Of a stretch of 55,027 nucleotides of DNA, positions 49,801-55,027 are shown in pieces; the stretch's first letter is position 1, and each line of letters opens with the position of its first letter. The translations under genes were made by a program, and so were the position numbers. Below the pieces are notes generated by a model. It was not told the DNA's origin, searched no databases, and worked only from the letters and a program-made list of their open reading frames with translations. The DNA is from an uncultured virus (IMG/VR IMGVR_UViG_3300030330_004305) (taxonomy: Duplodnaviria > Heunggongvirae > Uroviricota > Caudoviricetes), in IMG/VR virus record IMGVR_UViG_3300030330_004305. The stretch is one strand, 5' to 3'.

Positions 49801-50219
49801 GCAGTTCCATTGAAATATAAATTTCCACCAATATTATAAAGCTTGTCTGTAGTTACAGAAGGTGTGTTTCTTTGGATTTCCATACCTGTAGCTACAACAA
49901 CAAGTCCAGAAGATAAAACATCTCTTCCATACTCTGCAAGCTTAACATCACCAGAAGCATTTATTTCAAAAAATGGAAAGCCAGCAGAATCTGAAACATG
50001 GAAAATAGTACCACTAGATAAATTATCATTTATTTCTAATAATCTTCCCTGCGTACCATCAAAAACAACACTTGTCACACCACTTCCGGCAGCAGCGATA
50101 CTGGGGACCGGACTCGCACCCGATATAACATTCAAGTTTACTGGACTTACTGGCCCAGAACTATTGAATTTTATTTGTGGTTCACCGCTTTTCGGTGTTA
50201 TTAAAATATCTTGAGTCAT
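46857..50219 (-). CDS. long fibre protein (1120 aa) with repeated modules and coiled-coil segment
   Basis: Five P-x-x-TT(D/N)xLYN-x-GG modules, VGI-x-N-x2-P beta repeats, 14-aa coiled-coil repeats, C-terminal YTALSSKDANTLY. Confidence 0.8.
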   Translation of the reverse strand: MTQDILITPKSGEPQIKFNSSGPVSPVNLNVISGASPVPSIAAAGSGVTSVVFDGTQGRLLEINDNLSSGTIFHVSDSAGFPFFEINASGDVKLAEYGRDVLSSGLVVVATGMEIQRNTPSVTTDKLYNIGGNLYFNGTAVGAGSSTITGSGTANYVPRFSGVTSIATGLIFDNGTSVGIKNSSPTATYTLDVGGKTRIAASSTAAFSVGNSSQNVLEIGTATNTAKLGILNDNNTSANYITVKSFGGNAGDVFIVTSSGDVGINNKDPEGQLHVVNNLSTDVGLIVEGAASQSEDLQQWQNNAGTVMTSINANGDIDTTGNVSVSGDVNLTGNLQLGGYINDASLVQFRISNSPKMQIQSSNVELRGPFLRFAASDGTDKVTLSYVDTDILAVKSNDNSALAAIYGATGQFSASLISSGTIESTGLVTAATGIALQRNTPSSTTDKLYNVGGSLYFNGSAVGGGGGGGISFSGSTANGLVTFGDSSTANVESNLTFDGSSLNVSGLIIASTGITLQRNTPATTTDKLYNVGGGLYFNGSGYPTTTYLNTVSGNLDTRVQTNAVIVGLLQNQITSNDADISGLQAATGLLNPDVSDLKTATGLLNTDVSDLKTATGLLNTDVSALETATGNLDTRVTANAAASGYLQSQITSNDTDISALQTSTGLLNTKTTALSGVVYNGSPSGVAFFGSNGALTANSGSLSFNSGTNSLIIKNGDLSVTPASSTTVPIDVQAAASQSANMAEFKKSDGKVLTSITSDGSISVGTGNIHIYNPTESGINDTNYERLEISFDSNVAKIKAAKGGDGSSRALTLDSSSQVNLKYNNSNRLRVGSSAITLYNTLSPSTDLNSNIGETNKRFNKGFVKELQTSGVQTSGMLLHSHVPSSTTNKLYNDGGTLKFNGSAVGGGSSYTAGSGLTLDGTEFNIFGGTGNFRQIDVTSTTKVTPKIVFTGSGVNDTPINLEVLSSFASASTSGTALSFEGTQGQLFSITDNLSSGTIFSVNDITGLSLIEVDASGDVSIGKNARYVSVGTGVADFDFEVFASGKFHHGITLENKTPSTTTDTLYNDGASIAPVKYNGSGIPFTDPETSASGVKNMMVMTEAVYTALSSKDANTLYFLV
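48350..48445. repeat. perfect 42-bp tandem repeat (about 2.3 copies, degenerate flanks) encoding TDVSDLKTATGLLN
   Basis: cagaaacgtcagtatttagtaatccagtcgctgtcttcaagt at 48350 and 48392, partial copy at 48434. Confidence 0.92.
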
Positions 50220-50245
50220 TTATACTACCCTTATAATGAAACTGG

Positions 50246-50950
50246 TCAAAATGAAGGTTGATGGTCTTCTCTAAACCTTGATTTTGTAGAGTTATAAATT
50301 TGTTTTATCTCGGTGGAAGTTAAAGCACGATTGTAAATATAAGCACTCGAAACACCACCGTTAAAATATCCTGATGAATCATATGATGATTTTGAAATTG
50401 TGATTTCTGACAAGTCAGTTATATTAGCAGTGCCAACACTAATAGAGCTATTAAATTCACCATCTATATAAGCACTAGCAGTAGTACCAACAACTGTCAT
50501 ACATATATTTCTCCATTTGTCATCTGTCATGTTGGTTGATGTAATTCCGGGAAATGTATAGTCTGCAACGCCGCCAAACGTCATGCTTAAAAGAGAACTT
50601 GAAAATTGCATTCTCATTCCATTGTTTGTGGAAGGTTTAGAATAAGAAAGCAAAACACTAGCACCAGTCTGAGAAAGTTTATACCAACCCATCATGGTTA
50701 ATCCATTACTTGGATCTATCGGTGAAAAGCTAACAGACTGCGTGTGGAAATCGTTAGATCCATCAAAATTAATATATCCACCATTTTCTGGTTCATATCC
50801 GGGACCATTCGTTAAAGTTCCTTGTGATTTTCCTATTATATCTACCCAAGAAGCAGAACCGTCTACGCCATTAAAACTACGAAAACACGTAGCATCAATA
50901 CAGTAGGCTATGCCTTCACTAACTATTTTAGGGCCATTAAAAGTAGCCAT
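50246..50950 (-). CDS. LamG/concanavalin A-like lectin domain protein
   Basis: GPKIVSEG...FDGSND...YIDG...IYNRALTSTEIKQIYN; GGAGG RBS. Confidence 0.85.
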   Translation of the reverse strand: MATFNGPKIVSEGIAYCIDATCFRSFNGVDGSASWVDIIGKSQGTLTNGPGYEPENGGYINFDGSNDFHTQSVSFSPIDPSNGLTMMGWYKLSQTGASVLLSYSKPSTNNGMRMQFSSSLLSMTFGGVADYTFPGITSTNMTDDKWRNICMTVVGTTASAYIDGEFNSSISVGTANITDLSEITISKSSYDSSGYFNGGVSSAYIYNRALTSTEIKQIYNSTKSRFREDHQPSF

Positions 50951-50967
50951 GTTTGGCCTCCATTATT

Positions 50968-52533
50968 CTATGATTTATATTCTACTTTAAGTGGGTCAAT
51001 ATCTTTTCTAACCGCATGTACTATATAATATGCGTTTATACCTTTATCAGAACGTAAATATACTTTATTATTTTCAACTTTATCCACAAACAGATTTGGT
51101 TGAGAATACTTTTGAGGTGTTAAATTTACAGTAATTGATTTTTCATCAACTAAGCCTATCCAATAATCTGGAAGATCAATGATCTTTGATTCTGCAAAAC
51201 CTCTAACATAAACGCCGTTTTCCGGTCCCTCTAGACACGAATACTGAAGTTTATAATTTTCTTTTGTTGGGTGGTCTATCAAGAAAGATTTACTTGTAGC
51301 AGCAAGCGATCCATTTATTGTTAGTGTATTTGATGATTTATTCCAAGTCAAATCACTGTCTGCACCAAACACTCCACTATCATTAAACTGGACTTGTTTA
51401 TCAGACCCTCCGGGATTTGGTATCAATCCAGAAACAGAAGAAATATTAGATGCATTTGTAGTAATTCTGGAATCTAAATTACCACTTACAGATATAAGAT
51501 CTCCACTTACTGTATTTATTCCAGTCTGTAAGTTACCACTAACATTGTTTATATATACTACTGAACCAGAAATACTAACAGTATTATTTGATGTATTATA
51601 AAGTACATGGTTTGTACCGAGTCCAGTAAATTTAACTGTATCATTAAATGCTATCGTGTCTGAAACACCAGAAACAGAAAGATTCCATTTACCACTAGAT
51701 CCACTAATATTAAATAAGTTTGGACTTCCACTAGCGAGACTAACTGAAACACTGTCTATACCCACAAATTTTACTTGATTTGTTGGCAATATATTAACTG
51801 ATGCAGAATTATCAGAAGCTGTCCAGTATTGATAATTATCTTTAGAGGAAGCTATTCCAGAAACTGTAGCGATGTTGGTTGTATTGGTTGTTACTCTGGT
51901 ATCCAGTAAACCAGTAGATGTTTCTAGTGCAGATATTTGAGAATCATTAGAAGTTATTTGCGATTGCAAATATCCAGAAGAAGCAGTATTTTTTGTTATC
52001 TGACCTTGAAGATAACCAGATGACAGTGTATTTTTAGTTATCTGCCCTTGTAAATATCCAGACGATGCCGTATTATTTGAAACTTGTGTTTGTAAGTTTC
52101 CGCTAACATTATTAACAAAAGCTGTAGTGGCATAGGCAGATATGTCTTGATGACCTGTGTAGGCAATTGTTTGAGTATTTCCATCTGGAAATCTAACACC
52201 AGATATATCTGTTACTATTCTGTTATCACCAGATGTATATACGCTCGCCCCTGCGGGGTAAGTTATAAAGACATTAGAAGTAGAAGCTACATTAATTTTA
52301 GTTGTGCCGCTACTACTAGAAAATATCTCATCTCTAGTTAGAGTAGATCCAGAGAAAACACCTCTACCAACTTCAAACTGATTAGAATTTTGTATCGTGT
52401 AGAGAGTGACATCTCCATCATTCAAAGCACCACTAAATGTTTGAAAAGATGGAAAACTACTAGATAGAGTTATTGTGCCCGTCCCAGTCGTTGTGGTAAG
52501 CTGTTTTACCCTATCCTTAATTTTTAATGGCAT
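50968..52533 (-). CDS. fibre protein with C-terminal chaperone-like domain
   Basis: N-terminal KDRVKQLTTTTGTGT; coiled-coil repeats; C-terminal KSFLIDHP...LEGPENGVYVRG...LPDYW. Confidence 0.8.
   Translation of the reverse strand: MPLKIKDRVKQLTTTTGTGTITLSSSFPSFQTFSGALNDGDVTLYTIQNSNQFEVGRGVFSGSTLTRDEIFSSSSGTTKINVASTSNVFITYPAGASVYTSGDNRIVTDISGVRFPDGNTQTIAYTGHQDISAYATTAFVNNVSGNLQTQVSNNTASSGYLQGQITKNTLSSGYLQGQITKNTASSGYLQSQITSNDSQISALETSTGLLDTRVTTNTTNIATVSGIASSKDNYQYWTASDNSASVNILPTNQVKFVGIDSVSVSLASGSPNLFNISGSSGKWNLSVSGVSDTIAFNDTVKFTGLGTNHVLYNTSNNTVSISGSVVYINNVSGNLQTGINTVSGDLISVSGNLDSRITTNASNISSVSGLIPNPGGSDKQVQFNDSGVFGADSDLTWNKSSNTLTINGSLAATSKSFLIDHPTKENYKLQYSCLEGPENGVYVRGFAESKIIDLPDYWIGLVDEKSITVNLTPQKYSQPNLFVDKVENNKVYLRSDKGINAYYIVHAVRKDIDPLKVEYKS
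51955..52104. repeat. degenerate 42-bp tandem repeat encoding (A/L)SSGYLQ(G/S)QITKNT
   Basis: Three to four 14-aa units visible in the translation. Confidence 0.8.
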
Positions 52534-52575
52534 CTGTTTCTCCGATACTATTTTTAAACTGAGATATATTCCTAC

Positions 52576-52609
52576 AAAAAAACCGATGGCAGCTACGTGC
52601 CACCATCGG
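52576..52609 (-). terminator. intrinsic terminator after the major capsid gene
   Basis: Minus strand CCGATGGTGGC-acgta-GCTGCCATCGG-TTTTTTT. Confidence 0.85.
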
Positions 52610-52636
52610 CTAAAATGTTTATTTTTTCAGAATGGA

Positions 52637-53635
52637 CTAGAATGCACCCAAGAGTACTCTTCTGTTGTCCAAAACTGCAAAACCTTGTTCTGCCCAGCCG
52701 TAGAAGCCAGCACGTCTTTGACGATGCAGAGTGTCATCTTCCCAAATTTGAAGACCTGCACGAACTGGCATTACAAAGCTGTCGTCGCTTGACATGTCAA
52801 GACCAACAACAATTTCGCTGTCACCAGCAGGGAGAGTACCACCAAGGTCGTTCTCATAGAACAACTCATACTCTTGGTCATCTCCAAGCTCATCCAAATC
52901 ATGCAAGTTGACTTGGAAAATACGTGTCAACATGCCACCTTCTTGAGTGATAAGCTCACGACGAGTAATGTCATCAACTTCATCAACGCCCCAGTTACGA
53001 ATATCTTCGATAGCTTCTGGGCTAACAAAAAGGTCAGTCAATCTACCACGATTAATTGAGCTAGAGTTACCACCACCGTTTCTACGCATGGTGATCTTCA
53101 TCAAAGAAACCAATCTCTTTGAGAACTGGCTTGCAGCCGCATCTGGATCGTAAACAAGAATGTTACGATCAACGCCAGCGGAAATCAAGGTGTGCCAACC
53201 GTCATCGTTCATTTTCTTTGTGAACTGAGAACGCATAACGTCCATAGCACGACCAACAACATCCCAGCGTGCATCACGAGCATACTTCAACAAGTAGTCG
53301 ATAGAAGCACCGATGTCATAGGTAGGAACCATGACGTAATCGCCTTCTACATGACGCTCTGGAATGCGACCGTGATTAGGGATAGTATATGCAACAAAAT
53401 CTTTTTCTGTGCCGGGAGCTAGGAAATCCAATGGGAATTCGCTAGTTGCACCGGGAGCGAGATTAACAACTTCGTAGATACCGTCAAGGATATCTCCACT
53501 CATAACGCCTTTACGCAAAGGAGTCTCAAGTGCTTTTGCCAGTTCTGCAACAGCAGCCAAAGATTCTTCTTTTTTCTGGGAACCACTCTGTCTAAGAATG
53601 GCTTCCATCTCTGGACTATATTCAAAATTTTTCAT
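52637..53635 (-). CDS. major capsid protein (HK97-fold)
   Basis: 332 aa, after scaffold and decoration genes, followed by a strong terminator; C-terminal GFYGWAEQGFAVLDNRRV. Confidence 0.82.
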   Translation of the reverse strand: MKNFEYSPEMEAILRQSGSQKKEESLAAVAELAKALETPLRKGVMSGDILDGIYEVVNLAPGATSEFPLDFLAPGTEKDFVAYTIPNHGRIPERHVEGDYVMVPTYDIGASIDYLLKYARDARWDVVGRAMDVMRSQFTKKMNDDGWHTLISAGVDRNILVYDPDAAASQFSKRLVSLMKITMRRNGGGNSSSINRGRLTDLFVSPEAIEDIRNWGVDEVDDITRRELITQEGGMLTRIFQVNLHDLDELGDDQEYELFYENDLGGTLPAGDSEIVVGLDMSSDDSFVMPVRAGLQIWEDDTLHRQRRAGFYGWAEQGFAVLDNRRVLLGAF

Positions 53636-53658
53636 TTTTTATTTCCTTTTTGTAAAAA

Positions 53659-54117
53659 TTAGACGATGTTGATTTCAACTTTGGCATAGCCATCTTTGTC
53701 TTTAATACCCAACCAACGTCCAACAGCCATACTTTTACCAGCAGGATCACTAGCAGTAGTTAGCTTGCCTGTTGCATCGAAGTGTACTTTTTCTCCAATA
53801 ACGGGCGTGCCAGAAATTTGGTTAGTAACAACGGTTCCACGTCGAAGCAAAGTGACTTTACCGCCAAGTTGTACTTCGTCTTTGTGGGCATTATATTGTT
53901 GACGAGTCAAATCAAGGTTAACAACGTCATTAAGAATCAAACCAGCAGCAAGATCTCCTGTGCTTGAAACTGTATCAACTTGTGCAAGCGAGTCGTCCAT
54001 TGCTGCACCAGAACCTCCAGTGAGGTGTGCTACAATAAGACCACGCTCAATCACAGCATCAGCTTTAAAGAAGCTAATATCCGTGAGATGTTCAACACGA
54101 TCACCTTTTAGAGCCAT
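53659..54117 (-). CDS. capsid decoration/cement protein
   Basis: AGGAGA RBS before MALKGDR; GKVTLLRRG...G-x-LT...KDKDGYAKVEINI; directly upstream of MCP. Confidence 0.7.
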   Translation of the reverse strand: MALKGDRVEHLTDISFFKADAVIERGLIVAHLTGGSGAAMDDSLAQVDTVSSTGDLAAGLILNDVVNLDLTRQQYNAHKDEVQLGGKVTLLRRGTVVTNQISGTPVIGEKVHFDATGKLTTASDPAGKSMAVGRWLGIKDKDGYAKVEINIV

Positions 54118-54146
54118 TTTATAATCTCCTAAGTTAAATAGAATGT

Positions 54147-55025
54147 TTATTTCATGATATTTTTCTCTACCCACTCTTGGAGACTTGCTCTAGCTGTGGA
54201 TACTTCGTCTTCGATTTCACTTGAAACAGCAACGTTGCTCTCATCAAGTTCTTCTTCAATAAGCTCAGAAGCTTCAGTCTCTTCTACGATCTCTTCTTCT
54301 TCTGCTTTAGCTTTATCTTTTTTCTTTTTCTCATCTTCGTAATGATGAGGAGCTTCGGTTTTTTCTTTTTTCTTCTTCATGTCGTAGTGCATATCTGCGA
54401 CAGTCTGAACAAAAGCATCGAACGCTTCATCTGAAACTTCTGAAAAGATATCAAGCTTGGCTTCTGCTTCTTCACATGAAAGGCCAGCTTCAACCATCTT
54501 GTTTTTACGATCTTCTTTTTTCTTGTCTTCATGCATTTTGTGCATAAGTGCTTGCGACTCCTCAAGTGCTGCGGTTTTTTCATCCAACTCTTTTTGAAGA
54601 GCTTCTGATTTTGCCACGACTTCTTCCAACTGCGAAGAAACATTACCAGCGTTAGACTCAAACTCTGCGACAGTTGATTCTAGCTGTGCAATCTTTTTTT
54701 CGTATGCAGAAACGTTAGCTTGTGAAAGCTTATCGTTAAGATTTTTATTTTCTTCTTGGACAGAAGCAAGAGTTTCCTTTAACTCTTTCACCTGATCATT
54801 TAAAATTTGATTATCAGACATTTTATTGTTCTCCATATCTGAGGCATTAACTTCAAAAGAAAGTTGCTTCTCTATATTAGATGTTACACCATTGTTCTGT
54901 AAAAATAGATTTTTAGTTCTTTCTACCGACGCGAAAGAAAAAATATGTTCCTTGTCGAATATGATACTATCAGGGTTTGCTGGCTTATTTACAAAGCCTT
55001 TACCGCTAAAAGTAATATTCTTTAA
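54147..55025 (-). CDS. prohead protease-scaffold protein, C-terminal part (5'-truncated by window edge)
   Basis: Frame open to the window end, adding LKNITFSGKGFVNKPANPDSII (V-x2-PA-x-P protease-type motif) before an acidic coiled-coil region. Confidence 0.72.
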   Translation of the reverse strand, partial: LKNITFSGKGFVNKPANPDSIIFDKEHIFSFASVERTKNLFLQNNGVTSNIEKQLSFEVNASDMENNKMSDNQILNDQVKELKETLASVQEENKNLNDKLSQANVSAYEKKIAQLESTVAEFESNAGNVSSQLEEVVAKSEALQKELDEKTAALEESQALMHKMHEDKKKEDRKNKMVEAGLSCEEAEAKLDIFSEVSDEAFDAFVQTVADMHYDMKKKKEKTEAPHHYEDEKKKKDKAKAEEEEIVEETEASELIEEELDESNVAVSSEIEDEVSTARASLQEWVEKNIMK

Positions 55026-55027
55026 TG

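Noticed and set aside
46857..52533. Diversity-generating retroelement template/variable repeats in the fibre genes
   Set aside because: No reverse transcriptase in the window; repeats are coding modules without adenine-specific mismatch patterns
1..55027. Stop-codon reassignment
   Set aside because: Standard-code ORFs tile the window densely, and TAA, TAG and TGA all end genes
1..55027. tRNA, rRNA, integrase or IS elements
   Set aside because: Intergenic gaps are about 100 bp or less and hold hairpins or RBS only; no such motifs recognised

Overview
55 kb segment of a large, AT-rich, tailed dsDNA bacteriophage genome (Caudoviricetes, probably long-tailed siphovirus-like: tail tube and 3534-aa tape measure present, no sheath gene seen), standard genetic code. 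Two convergent blocks meet at a terminator near 13.75 kb. The + strand block (1-13.7 kb) has a DNA polymerase III alpha (DnaE) split into two intein-free genes around a DEDDh exonuclease, a small membrane protein and a thermonuclease. It continues with a sigma-70-type factor, a translationally coupled cluster of about 9 glycosyltransferase/nucleotidyltransferase-like genes, a NUMOD3/Vsr-like endonuclease and a Rad52/Sak-like annealase. The - strand block (13.8-55 kb) is the virion module: protease/scaffold, decoration protein, major capsid, fibre/lectin genes with an enzyme island, neck and tail completion genes, tail tube, chaperones, tape measure, distal tail and a 2790-aa Cys-rich tail-tip protein. 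Best candidate for an undescribed system: a phage-encoded glycosylation pathway paired with strong Ser/Thr-Gly motif enrichment in exposed virion proteins. Other notable signals are apparent avoidance of CCWGG and GCGC, a putative GGTGTA late promoter and a nuclease-like cargo domain inside the tape measure protein. All family assignments come from motif recognition by eye, not database searches.
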